Assembly: GCA_944323425.1 (NCBI GenBank)
Contig: CALUSL010000004.1
Location: forward strand, 1,778 to 65,777
Source of the DNA: Candidatus Gastranaerophilales bacterium
GTDB lineage: Bacteria; Cyanobacteriota; Vampirovibrionia; Gastranaerophilales; Gastranaerophilaceae
Direction: 5' to 3'
DNA length: 64,000 nt
Below the pieces are notes generated by a model that made no database searches, was not told the DNA's origin, and saw nothing but the letters and a program-made list of their open reading frames with translations. This document shows, in pieces, positions 1 through 8,381 of the stretch. Position 1 is the stretch's first letter, and each line of letters begins with the position of its first letter. Position numbers and translations under genes: made by a program.

Positions 1-87
1 GAATTGTTGCTTAATGACGGTGCCAAACATCCGTATGAGCAGGCATGTGTTGAAATCTGTAAAGCTGTTGAAGATCGCTTACAATAA
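1..87 (+). CDS. 3' end of an unidentified CDS entering from upstream (last 28 codons: ELLLNDGAKHPYEQACVEICKAVEDRLQ*)
   Basis: Frame is open from position 1 to TAA at 85-87 and is immediately followed by a strong hairpin terminator. Too short to assign a family. Confidence 0.4.
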   Translation, partial: ELLLNDGAKHPYEQACVEICKAVEDRLQ

Positions 88-90
88 ATA

Positions 91-124
91 AAAAAGCTGC
101 TGTATTGGACTCAGCAGCTTTTTT
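91..124. terminator. Bidirectional rho-independent terminator
   Basis: AAAAAGCTGCTG (91-102) / CAGCAGCTTTTTT (112-124) is a perfect inverted repeat with a 9-nt loop. The A-run on one side and T-run on the other sit between convergent gene ends (1-87 plus, 132-365 minus). Confidence 0.75.
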
Positions 125-131
125 GTATCTA

Positions 132-365
132 TTAAGAATTCTGTTTTCTTCTTTTCCATCCTAGCATTCTGATGCCTTCTGCGGAAGGTGCAGCTGTATT
201 ATAGACAACGAATTCATTCTGTGGCTGAGCATACCGTTTACGAAATTCAGTGTTCGTAATTTCTTCACAATAAGTATCACATCCAAATTCATCTTTTATA
301 ATGGATGCAAAAAATTTTTGGTCTTCATTTAGACTTAGGTCTCTGAGGTTTTTGACGATACGCAT
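132..365 (-). CDS. Hypothetical small protein (77 aa)
   Basis: ORF with non-repetitive, protein-like composition, bracketed by a terminator downstream. No obvious SD and no recognisable motif. Confidence 0.4.
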   Translation of the reverse strand: MRIVKNLRDLSLNEDQKFFASIIKDEFGCDTYCEEITNTEFRKRYAQPQNEFVVYNTAAPSAEGIRMLGWKRRKQNS

Positions 366-450
366 ATATTCATTTTAAACCTATTTTCAAAAAACATCTC
401 AAAAACTAATAAAATTGATATAAAAAAGATACATTTTGTTACATCAACTA

Positions 451-537
451 ATAAAAAGACGGCTCACATCTGTGTAAGTCGTCAAGTTACATCTTTATTT
501 GCTGTAAAAGATGTATATTAAATTCCCATAAAAACAT
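451..537 (-). ncRNA. Candidate small RNA or attenuator leader (two hairpins, the second an intrinsic terminator)
   Basis: On the minus strand a 9-bp perfect hairpin (515-488, TACATCTTT/AAAGATGTA) is followed by a 7-bp hairpin (483-458, GACGACT/AGCCGTC) and then TTTTTAT. A near-consensus promoter lies just upstream. The only frame is a 16-codon ORF with no SD. Confidence 0.3.
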
Positions 538-541
538 CTAT

Positions 542-570
542 ATAATAAGATAAATCTTGTTTAGCGTCAA
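542..570 (-). promoter_or_regulatory. Sigma70-type promoter candidate (TTGACG-17 nt-TATTAT) on the minus strand
   Basis: The reverse complement of 565-570 is TTGACG and of 542-547 is TATTAT, with an exact 17-nt spacer. It lies directly after the terminator of the upstream gene. Confidence 0.45.
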
Positions 571-575
571 TAAAA

Positions 576-610
576 CATGAGGTCTTTTGTTTTGTTTAAA
601 AGACCTCATG
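576..610 (-). terminator. Rho-independent terminator of the EF-hand gene
   Basis: A 13-bp perfect inverted repeat, CATGAGGTCTTTT / AAAAGACCTCATG, is followed on the minus strand by TTTTATT. It lies 13 nt after the stop at 623. Confidence 0.75.
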
Positions 611-622
611 CGTCATGATATT

Positions 623-2440
623 CTATTTTGTGATTTCAACCGGTTTGCGTCTTTGATATTCTTCTTTTGTTATTGGATTATCATCAATATCCGCATATTC
701 CAACTTAACCGGTTTGTTATCGTTATCTAAAACAGAATGTTCATAGCTTCCATCCTGATTATACCAATATATTTCTGTGCCATCTTTAGTTATGTAAGTA
801 GATCTTTCAGGTAAACCGTTCGCATAATAAGAATGACTGGACGATTTTACTTTTTTTCCACTTTTATCAATTGTATACTCTTCAGTTGGATTAAAATTAG
901 AATTGTAATAATGATAGCTCATGCTGCCATCTTTATATTGGACAACACCTGCTGTGGGCTTTCCGTTTTTATCTTTTAATAGTTCTCTTTTTACTACATT
1001 CGGATTGTCTTTTGTTTCGTATGAAATTTCTGCATAGCCGGTAATATTTCCATCTTTGTCTTTATAGGTTCTTTGCGCCTCTCTTCCATCTTCATAATAA
1101 AGGTAATCAATTACCTGTTTTATGTTTCCGTCTTTATCCTTTATTGTTTTTGTTGCTAACAGTCCTGATTGCGTGTATTTATTTTCAGATATTTCTTTAA
1201 CTTCTCCTGATTTGTCATATTTTGTCTCTGTTTTTATGTTGTCTTTAGTTTCAACATAAGCAGTGTCTCCGTTTGCAACTACTACAATTTCTATTCCATT
1301 GTTAGGTCTTGTATCCGGAGTAACAACGTTCTTTTCCTGTTTCTTTTCTTGTTTCGATTCAGTATTATTTGTTTTTACAGTTTTTGGTGTTGTTTGTGTA
1401 TATTTGCTGGAAATATTTTCTTTTTTAGCGTATTTTTCTGTCCATGCTGCAATTTGTTCTTTAGAATTATTTTTGTTTTCTACGTTTCCAACGAGCTTAA
1501 CTTTTGCGCCGACAAGAAGTATTTCATAACCGTTTTTCATTTTGCGAACGGCTTTCGGGTTGTTCTTTTTAAATTCTTCTTTTGCTGCTTCAATTTCAGC
1601 CTTTGTGGGTTTTGTATTTCCCTGTGCGGCAAGTGATTTTTTTATAACCTGAGTGAATGATTCATTCATCTGTACTGTGTAATTATGAAGTTCTTGTTTT
1701 GCTTCTTGGGGTTCTGTTTTGACCTTGACAGGTGTTTTTACTGATTCACTGACAGGTTTGTTTTCAACAGGCATTTCAGCTGGTTTTTGTGCTTTTGCGG
1801 GTTTTTCTGCTGTTTCAATAGGTGGTTCTTCTTCGAATACGCCATCTGGTTCTGCCTGAGTTTCTATTGCTTTTGTATTGGAAGCATTATCTTCAATATC
1901 CTGAGCAGGTGCTGCTTTTTGGGGTTGCTCTGCTTTAGTTTCTTTTTTCTGTTCTGTAACTTCTTGTTTTGTTGTTGTCTTTGGTTCTGCTTTCTGTTTT
2001 AAAGGATCTGTTGCTGCCGGTGTTTCAACTTTATCTTCTTTATTAAGTCCGCGCATTTCCTGTTCAAAGTCGTAAACTTCTTTTGCATTTACTTTTTCTT
2101 TACGCTTCATTGATTTCATTATACGTATAAAGAAATCTCGTATGGTTTCTCCATCAAGATTTGAACCTGCTCCGGCATCCTCAAATTCTTGTTTTGATAA
2201 TTTTCCATCTAAATCAGTATCGAGTTTTTTGAAAACATCAACAAGTCTGCACTGTTCATATGAAGTCAAGATTCCATCCGGCTTGCCTCCATCAACATCA
2301 AAGAAATTAAATAAGATATTCATTAGCTCTTGATTTTTTGCGCCTTTTAAAATATCACTTTTTTGAATAGGGTTTCCTGATACTTTATCGAGATTGTATT
2401 TACCTCTCGTAATATTTAGTTTAGATGAAAAAATCCCCAT
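623..2440 (-). CDS. EF-hand calcium-binding domain protein with a long K/E/P/T-rich linker and C-terminal YD/MORN-like beta-hairpin repeats (605 aa)
   Basis: Canonical EF-hand loop DTDLDGKLSKQE plus a degenerate partner (DVDGGKPDG). The C-terminal repeats include KDKDGNIKQVIDYLYYEDG, YKDKDGNITGYAEISY, KDKNGKPTAGVVQYKDGS and ITKDGTEIYWYNQDGS. A strong SD (AAGGAGAG) precedes the ATG. No signal peptide. Confidence 0.7.
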   Translation of the reverse strand: MGIFSSKLNITRGKYNLDKVSGNPIQKSDILKGAKNQELMNILFNFFDVDGGKPDGILTSYEQCRLVDVFKKLDTDLDGKLSKQEFEDAGAGSNLDGETIRDFFIRIMKSMKRKEKVNAKEVYDFEQEMRGLNKEDKVETPAATDPLKQKAEPKTTTKQEVTEQKKETKAEQPQKAAPAQDIEDNASNTKAIETQAEPDGVFEEEPPIETAEKPAKAQKPAEMPVENKPVSESVKTPVKVKTEPQEAKQELHNYTVQMNESFTQVIKKSLAAQGNTKPTKAEIEAAKEEFKKNNPKAVRKMKNGYEILLVGAKVKLVGNVENKNNSKEQIAAWTEKYAKKENISSKYTQTTPKTVKTNNTESKQEKKQEKNVVTPDTRPNNGIEIVVVANGDTAYVETKDNIKTETKYDKSGEVKEISENKYTQSGLLATKTIKDKDGNIKQVIDYLYYEDGREAQRTYKDKDGNITGYAEISYETKDNPNVVKRELLKDKNGKPTAGVVQYKDGSMSYHYYNSNFNPTEEYTIDKSGKKVKSSSHSYYANGLPERSTYITKDGTEIYWYNQDGSYEHSVLDNDNKPVKLEYADIDDNPITKEEYQRRKPVEITK

Positions 2441-2578
2441 GTTACTCTCCTTTTTTCCTCAGTCGTTATAAATATATAAAGTATATAAAGTTTTAAAAAT
2501 TGACTGTTACAAGAAAACTATCTGACAAATCCGCTAATTGTAAGAGTTTCTGGGTGTTACATTTCTTAATAATAAAAA

Positions 2579-2602
2579 ACACCCCCGAAAAATCGGGGGT
2601 GT
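2579..2602 (-). terminator. Rho-independent terminator of hppA
   Basis: ACACCCCCGA-aaaa-TCGGGGGTGT is a GC-rich 10-bp stem. On the minus strand it is followed by TTTTTTATT. It lies 24 nt after the hppA stop. Confidence 0.85.
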
Positions 2603-2625
2603 AAAATTATAAGATTAAAATAAAA

Positions 2626-5046
2626 TTAATCTTCTTTTTTCTGAGGAATTCTCATTGCATAGAATGATCTCCATACAAATATCAATGCAATCACGAGGAA
2701 AATCCATCCTGCAATAGGAGCGATTTGTCTGAATGATTCATTGATAGAGATTTCCATAGCCAGCAAGCCGAACAATGTAGTGAATTTGATAATCGGGTTC
2801 ATAGCTACTGATGAAGTATCTTTGAACGGGTCACCTACTGTATCGCCGACTACTGTAGCATCGTGAAGCGGAGTTCCTTTTTCGCAAAGGTCGCATTCTA
2901 CGATTTTCTTAGCGTTATCCCAGCATCCGCCTGCGTTAGCCATAAATACAGCCTGGAACAGACCGAATACAGCAATCGCAATCAGGTAGCTTACAAAGAA
3001 TGCAACTGGAGCTACAGTCTTGCAAGCAGGAGCTGACAGACAAGCGAAAGCGAGGGCAAAAGCAAACAGTGCGATAAAGATGTTAATCATACCTTTTTGA
3101 GCATACTGGGTACAAATTTTAACAACTTCTTTTGAGTTAGCAACGTTTGCTGTTTTTACGTTTTCATCATCTAATTTGATGTGATTTTTGATGTATTCAA
3201 CGGCTCTGTATGCACCTGTTGTAACAGCCTGCATAGAAGCACCGGAGAACCAGTAAATAACAGCACCGCCTGCGAGCAATCCGAGGATTGTGTAGGGGTT
3301 GAGCATGTTGAGTACTTGTTCCGGCTGAATACCTAATGTATTTTTGATAACAAGAATCAATGAGAATATCATTGTGGTTGCACCGACTACTGCTGTACCG
3401 ATGAGAACCGGTTTTGATGTAGCTTTGAAAGTGTTGCCGGCACCGTCGTTTTCTTCGAGCTGTGCTTTTGCAACTTCAAAGTTAGGTTTGAAACCGAATT
3501 CTTTTTCGATTTCATCAGCAATACCTTCACGTTCTTCAATCAGTGAAAGTTCATATACTGATTGAGCGTTATCAGTAACAGGACCGTAGCTGTCTACAGC
3601 AATTGTGACAGGACCCATACCGAGGAAGCCGAATGCAACAAGACCGAATGCAAATACTGATGCGTAAATCATTACGGTATCAGGAATTTGCAGACTGAAT
3701 ACGTATGCTAATCCCATCAAGAATACGATTACCATACCAATCCAGAAGCCTGAGAAGTTACCGGAAACAATACCTGAGAGGATTGTTAAAGATGAACCGC
3801 CTTCACGTGAAGCTGTAACAACTTCTTTTGTGTGAGTAGCGTTCGGGCTTGTGAATATTTTAGTAAATTCAGGAATCAAAGCTGCTCCTAAAGTACCGCA
3901 AGAGATAATGCCTGCGAGAACCCACCAGAGGCTTTCTCCCATATCTGCAAGCAGCCAATGGCTTACGCAGAATGTCATGATAATGGATAATACAGATGTT
4001 ATCCATACGAGGTTAGTCAAAGGTTTTTCAAAGTCAAGTTTTTCAGCATTGCCGAAGAACAGCTGTGTCAAACCTGTGTTAATCCAGTAAGCAACAACAG
4101 ATGTCACAATCATTAAGAATCTCATTGTGAATATCCATGTCAATAATTGGATTTGGTATTCGGGGAATACACCGAGAAGAATAAATGAAACGAGAGCAAC
4201 ACCGGTTACACCGTAAGTTTCAAAACCGTCAGCTGTAGGTCCGATAGAGTCGCCTGCGTTGTCACCTGTACAGTCAGCAATAACGCCCGGGTTTCTCGGG
4301 TCATCTTCTTTAATTTTGAATTGAATTTTCATCAAGTCAGAACCGATATCAGCGATTTTTGTAAAGATACCGCCTGCTACACGAAGAGCAGAAGCACCTA
4401 AAGATTCACCGATAGCAAAACCGATAAAGCAAGCACCTGCCAGGTGTCCGGGGACGAACAGGAGGATAACAAGCATCATAATAAGCTCAACACTAACAAG
4501 CAATACACCGATGCTCATACCGGCTTTCAGCGGAATGTTCAAAACTTTTAAAGGATTTCCTTCGAGTGAAGCAAATGCAGTTCTTGCGTTAGCAAGAGTG
4601 TTCATTCTGATGCCGAACCATGCAACACCATATGAACCAAGAATACCGATTACTGACCAAGCAAGGATAATCAGCACACCTTTTAAGCCCATGTGCTGCA
4701 ATCCTCCAAAGTAGAATGCAATACACAGACCAATCAGGATTTCCAAACCTAATAAAAATTTACCCTGTTGAATAAGGTAAGTTTTGCAGGTTTCAAAAAT
4801 TGTATTTCCGATATTTGCCATACATTCATGGACTTTATAGTTTTTGACCTTGATAAATTCGATAAGACCAAAGACCAAGCCCAGTACGGAAATACCAATA
4901 CCTACAAGCAGAAGATTAAAGCTGTGAGGGTCTGCAGCCAGATTCGGCACGACCAGATCAGCTTCTCCTGCGAAAGCAGCATTGGATGCAAAAAGCATAG
5001 CAAACATTGCAAGCATGCTTAAAGCACCTTTTTTTGAGTAAGCCAT
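2626..5046 (-). CDS. hppA: Membrane-bound proton-translocating inorganic pyrophosphatase (mPPase), divergent
   Basis: Polytopic membrane protein with mPPase signatures: DCTGDNAGDS, DSYGPVTDNA, GNTFKAT, AGGCWDNAKK and GDTVGDPFKDTS. I moved the start to the ATG at 5046 (MAYSKKG...), which has an AGAAGGAG SD. The longer ORF-track start at 5097 has none. Confidence 0.9.
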   Translation of the reverse strand: MAYSKKGALSMLAMFAMLFASNAAFAGEADLVVPNLAADPHSFNLLLVGIGISVLGLVFGLIEFIKVKNYKVHECMANIGNTIFETCKTYLIQQGKFLLGLEILIGLCIAFYFGGLQHMGLKGVLIILAWSVIGILGSYGVAWFGIRMNTLANARTAFASLEGNPLKVLNIPLKAGMSIGVLLVSVELIMMLVILLFVPGHLAGACFIGFAIGESLGASALRVAGGIFTKIADIGSDLMKIQFKIKEDDPRNPGVIADCTGDNAGDSIGPTADGFETYGVTGVALVSFILLGVFPEYQIQLLTWIFTMRFLMIVTSVVAYWINTGLTQLFFGNAEKLDFEKPLTNLVWITSVLSIIMTFCVSHWLLADMGESLWWVLAGIISCGTLGAALIPEFTKIFTSPNATHTKEVVTASREGGSSLTILSGIVSGNFSGFWIGMVIVFLMGLAYVFSLQIPDTVMIYASVFAFGLVAFGFLGMGPVTIAVDSYGPVTDNAQSVYELSLIEEREGIADEIEKEFGFKPNFEVAKAQLEENDGAGNTFKATSKPVLIGTAVVGATTMIFSLILVIKNTLGIQPEQVLNMLNPYTILGLLAGGAVIYWFSGASMQAVTTGAYRAVEYIKNHIKLDDENVKTANVANSKEVVKICTQYAQKGMINIFIALFAFALAFACLSAPACKTVAPVAFFVSYLIAIAVFGLFQAVFMANAGGCWDNAKKIVECDLCEKGTPLHDATVVGDTVGDPFKDTSSVAMNPIIKFTTLFGLLAMEISINESFRQIAPIAGWIFLVIALIFVWRSFYAMRIPQKKED

Positions 5047-5213
5047 TTCTCTTCTCCTTCTAAACACTATTGTAGTAAAACTCCTTTTACTAACCACCCC
5101 TCTATTTTACCTTAAAATTAAGTTTTAGCAAGAAGTTTACACTTTTAAAACTAGTTTGAAGGATTTTTGAATTTTGTTATTGAGCCTATTGTTCCAAACT
5201 GGCAACACTCTCT

Positions 5214-5789
5214 CTATTGTTCAATAATAGTGTTTATATATTTAATAATATTGTCGTTATAATAATTGTTTCGTACAGAAAAAGGGAATACAGTTTTATT
5301 CAGTTCTTTTGAAATTTCATTGACTTTTGCCTGTATTCTGGATTTTGATGTCAGGTCAATTTTTGTGGCAACAACAACACAGGGAAGATTGTGATAGTCT
5401 ATCCATTCCTGCATTTGTCTGTCATTTTTTTGTATATCATGTCTTGAGTCAATAAACTGTATTAATAATTTCAGTGATTCTCTATTTAGCAAATATTCCT
5501 CAAGATTCTTCTGCCAGTTATCCTGCATTGCTTTAGAAACCTGCGCGTATCCATAACCGGGAAGATCTGCAACAATATATTTCTCTTCAAAGTCAAAAAG
5601 ATTTATGAGTCTGGTTTTTCCGGGTTTGTTACTTGTTTTAGCGAGTTTTGAGTTATTTGTCAATGCGTTTATAAAAGAGGATTTACCTACATTAGAACGC
5701 CCGATTAATGCAATTTCGGGTTTGTTAAAATCCGGACACTGTGAGAGTTTTTCCGCACTAACTATGAACTTTGCTTTTTTTACTATCAT
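5214..5789 (-). CDS. engB: Ribosome-biogenesis GTPase EngB/YsxC/YihA
   Basis: G1 GRSNVGKSSFINALT, G3 DLPGYG and G4 ATKID motifs, with the size (191 aa) typical of EngB. Confidence 0.9.
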   Translation of the reverse strand: MIVKKAKFIVSAEKLSQCPDFNKPEIALIGRSNVGKSSFINALTNNSKLAKTSNKPGKTRLINLFDFEEKYIVADLPGYGYAQVSKAMQDNWQKNLEEYLLNRESLKLLIQFIDSRHDIQKNDRQMQEWIDYHNLPCVVVATKIDLTSKSRIQAKVNEISKELNKTVFPFSVRNNYYNDNIIKYINTIIEQ

Positions 5790-6110
5790 CTAATTTCTTC
5801 TTTTTATACAAAACTGTATACAGGAGATTGTACATTTTTGGATTATTATAAACATTTATTTGCGTAGCTTCATCAGAAATATTGAACTGTATTTTGTTTT
5901 TCACGCCGGTTAAGGATGTTTCAACATGACAAATTTGTATTATTCTGTCTCGAATAATACTCATCGGTTGTGACAAAAAGATTTCAAATGTCTTGAATAC
6001 GTTCATTACAGGGTATGATATCAAACATATTCTCTTTGTTCAATAAATTGTAAATAAAATGAAATTTAATTTAATGGAAAAAATTATAATGAAAGGTATC
6101 TATTTTTTTA

Positions 6111-6419
6111 TTAAGCACTCAGGTTGATAGTGAAATCTTTCTTGATGTTGTTTTCAAGAAGTTTTTCAAGACTTTCAAGTTGTGCTGCTGCAGATTTCTG
6201 CTGAGTTTCAAGGTTTTTCTGCTGCAATTCAAGATATGAATCCATATATTGAAGCTGCTGAACCTGCGGGTCATTTTCCCAGTCAGAACCTGTACAAGCT
6301 CTTGATAATGTATAAGCTATGTTTTGTCTTTTGTTGCTTATACCCATAATGCTGAACTCAAGGTTGCTTTTGTAGAGTGTTAAGCTCAAAATGTTTGTGT
6401 TTACTGCTGCGACAGTCAT
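6111..6419 (-). CDS. Hypothetical coiled-coil protein (102 aa) with a flagellin-like N-terminal motif
   Basis: A strong SD (AAGGAGAG) lies 6 nt before the ATG. The N-terminus MTVAAVNTNILSL resembles the xINTNxxSL start of flagellin-family proteins. The C-terminal half is Q/E/L-rich coiled coil. Confidence 0.6.
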   Translation of the reverse strand: MTVAAVNTNILSLTLYKSNLEFSIMGISNKRQNIAYTLSRACTGSDWENDPQVQQLQYMDSYLELQQKNLETQQKSAAAQLESLEKLLENNIKKDFTINLSA

Positions 6420-6580
6420 GTCAATCTCTCCTTAATCATTTAGTCTAGTGGTACGGTGGTAAAAATAGGTATTTTTTTTAATCTAGTTTTAAAATTTTCT
6501 CTCGTACATATATAAAGTATAAGTAATAAATAAAATTGCTATATTTGTTATATATTGCGTAACAAAAGTTAACAATTAAA

Positions 6581-6607
6581 GAAAACCTCTTATATAAAGA
6601 GGTTTTC
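6581..6607 (-). terminator. Rho-independent terminator after the lspA-rluD-lapA-like operon
   Basis: GAAAACCTCTT-atata-AAGAGGTTTTC is an 11-bp inverted repeat, followed on the minus strand by TTTAATTGTT. Confidence 0.65.
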
Positions 6608-6653
6608 AAGGTTTATTTACAAAATTGATATATGTTTAATATATACTTTTTGT

Positions 6654-7013
6654 TTATTCTTTATTTAATGCAGCTTCGAGTGCTGCTTCGAGCGTTTGGA
6701 TTTTTGCTTCAAGAGCCTTAATTTTTGCTGCATCTTCTTCACTTTTTACAGAAAGGGTTTCAGTCTTTCTTTCATATGCAGAAACAGCCTTCTGGTTTCT
6801 GTAGGAGGTTATTTTTGAGCTTAAAAAGCCCATTATCATACCCGTAAAAACGAACAGAATTGCCATAAGCGACAGTGGAAGAGTATATACATTATTATTT
6901 AATATACAAACATATGTAACTTTAAATGAGTGATTTACATATATGAAGTAAAGCAGTGCAATACTGATTATTATATTTAAACAAAATGCAGCAATAGAAG
7001 CGTTTCTTTTCAT
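6654..7013 (-). CDS. LapA/DUF1049-like inner-membrane protein (two TM helices plus a C-terminal coiled coil)
   Basis: Two hydrophobic helices are followed by KALEAKIQTLEAALEAAL. The start overlaps the rluD stop (ATGA), implying translational coupling. Confidence 0.55.
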   Translation of the reverse strand: MKRNASIAAFCLNIIISIALLYFIYVNHSFKVTYVCILNNNVYTLPLSLMAILFVFTGMIMGFLSSKITSYRNQKAVSAYERKTETLSVKSEEDAAKIKALEAKIQTLEAALEAALNKE

Positions 7014-7930
7014 TTTTTATTCCTCAAATAGTTAACTGTCTTTATAATATCACAAGATTCGTCTATTGAAACAGTTTTTTGCTCTCTATCGGCAGGTGAG
7101 ATAAAAGTAATAGAATATGATTGCAAAACTTGTTCCTGAGTGTTTACAGGAATTTTTGCTCCTCCGTACAGGCTGTCGTTGACTACCGGGTGACCTGTAT
7201 ATGCCATATGTACTCTTATCTGGTGTGTTCTGCCTGTCTCCAGCGTTACATCAAGCAGCGTAAATCCTTTAAAACGTTCCAGTACCCTATAATGAGTCAC
7301 TGAAGGTTTACCATCAGGGGTTACAGCCATTTTTTCAGGCTTTGACGGATGTCTGCCAATATTTCTATTTATTGTTCCTTCATCTTCATCGAAATTTCCG
7401 CTTACAACTGTATAGTATTTTTTTTCTATAGTCCTGTTTTGCATTTGTTCTTTTAAAAATTCATATGCACTATTCGTTTTTGCAATCATCAAGAGACCGC
7501 TGGTGTTTCTGTCTAACCTGTGTACAATACCCGGTCTGTATTCACCGTTGCAATCACAGAGCGGATATTTTCCTATCAGTGCATTAACAAGTGTGCCAGA
7601 ACGTTCTTTTGAGGTAGGATGGGTAAGCATGTTTTTGGGTTTGTTTACCACAAGCATTTCGTCATCCTCGTAAAGTACTTCTATTTCTATGTTCTCCGGC
7701 TCTATAACAAATTCTCTTTCTGCTTCGATATTTATTTCCAGAACGTCATCAGTTTTCAGGATATATGAGTTTTTTGCAGTAAGAGAATTAACCGTGACAT
7801 TTCCTGTTTTTATCTGTTTCTGGAGTGCACTTCTCGAAAGACCCGGATATAGTCGGGACACAAATAAATCCAGCCGGCATCCTGCGTCATCTGTATCTAT
7901 ATAAATTTTTTCAGGCATTTCGTTTTTCAT
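7010..7930 (-). CDS. rluD: 23S rRNA pseudouridine synthase, RluA/RluD family
   Basis: S4-like N-terminus, catalytic-Asp motif HRLDRNTSGLLM, and GRTHQIRVH. The start may instead be the ATG at 7918 (MPEKIY), which would remove the overlap with lspA. Confidence 0.9.
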   Translation of the reverse strand: MKNEMPEKIYIDTDDAGCRLDLFVSRLYPGLSRSALQKQIKTGNVTVNSLTAKNSYILKTDDVLEINIEAEREFVIEPENIEIEVLYEDDEMLVVNKPKNMLTHPTSKERSGTLVNALIGKYPLCDCNGEYRPGIVHRLDRNTSGLLMIAKTNSAYEFLKEQMQNRTIEKKYYTVVSGNFDEDEGTINRNIGRHPSKPEKMAVTPDGKPSVTHYRVLERFKGFTLLDVTLETGRTHQIRVHMAYTGHPVVNDSLYGGAKIPVNTQEQVLQSYSITFISPADREQKTVSIDESCDIIKTVNYLRNKK

Positions 7931-8381
7931 TGCTAAAAAGTATGTTACAAATTATAAGAAAAGCTGCAATATTTATAAACATATCAGAAAGATTAAAAAT
8001 AGGGAAATCAACGACAGTAATTCTGATATAGTCAGTTACAAAACCGTCAGCTATTCTTTCTATTAAATTCCCCAAAATTCCGGCAGAGAAAAAGGAAAGA
8101 AGAACTACAGATGAAAGAGTGAGTGTTTTTAAATGTTTTGCAACATAAAAAATAACAGCCCCGAGCACAAGAACAGACACAACAATCAATATGTCTGTAT
8201 GTGTCTGAAACAGGCTGAACGCTGCGCCTGTGTTTTTCACAAAATCAATGCTAAAAAATAAAAAATTTTTATTGTCACAATTTACATGAAGAAAGTCTCT
8301 GAGCCAAAATGAAAACGCCACCAGTATAAATGTTAAAATGGCATACAGAATGAATTTTTTATCCGGTTTAAATGTTTTCAT
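7911..8381 (-). CDS. lspA: Lipoprotein signal peptidase (signal peptidase II)
   Basis: 156 aa with 4 TM helices, and the NTGAAFS and VDFPIFNLSD motifs typical of LspA. Confidence 0.9.
   Translation of the reverse strand: MKTFKPDKKFILYAILTFILVAFSFWLRDFLHVNCDNKNFLFFSIDFVKNTGAAFSLFQTHTDILIVVSVLVLGAVIFYVAKHLKTLTLSSVVLLSFFSAGILGNLIERIADGFVTDYIRITVVDFPIFNLSDMFINIAAFLIICNILFSNEKRNA

Noticed and set aside
1263-2002. Several 70-95-aa plus-strand ORFs rich in Phe/Cys/Leu
   Set aside because: They are the complement of the Lys/Glu/Thr-rich (AAR/GAR) linker of the EF-hand gene. Low-complexity antisense frames stay open by composition alone.
5758-6024. 88-aa minus-strand ORF between the 102-aa gene and engB
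   Set aside because: It has a TTG start, no convincing SD, overlaps the engB start by 32 nt, and its composition is unremarkable. I cannot support it as a gene, though it remains possible that engB has a short upstream partner.
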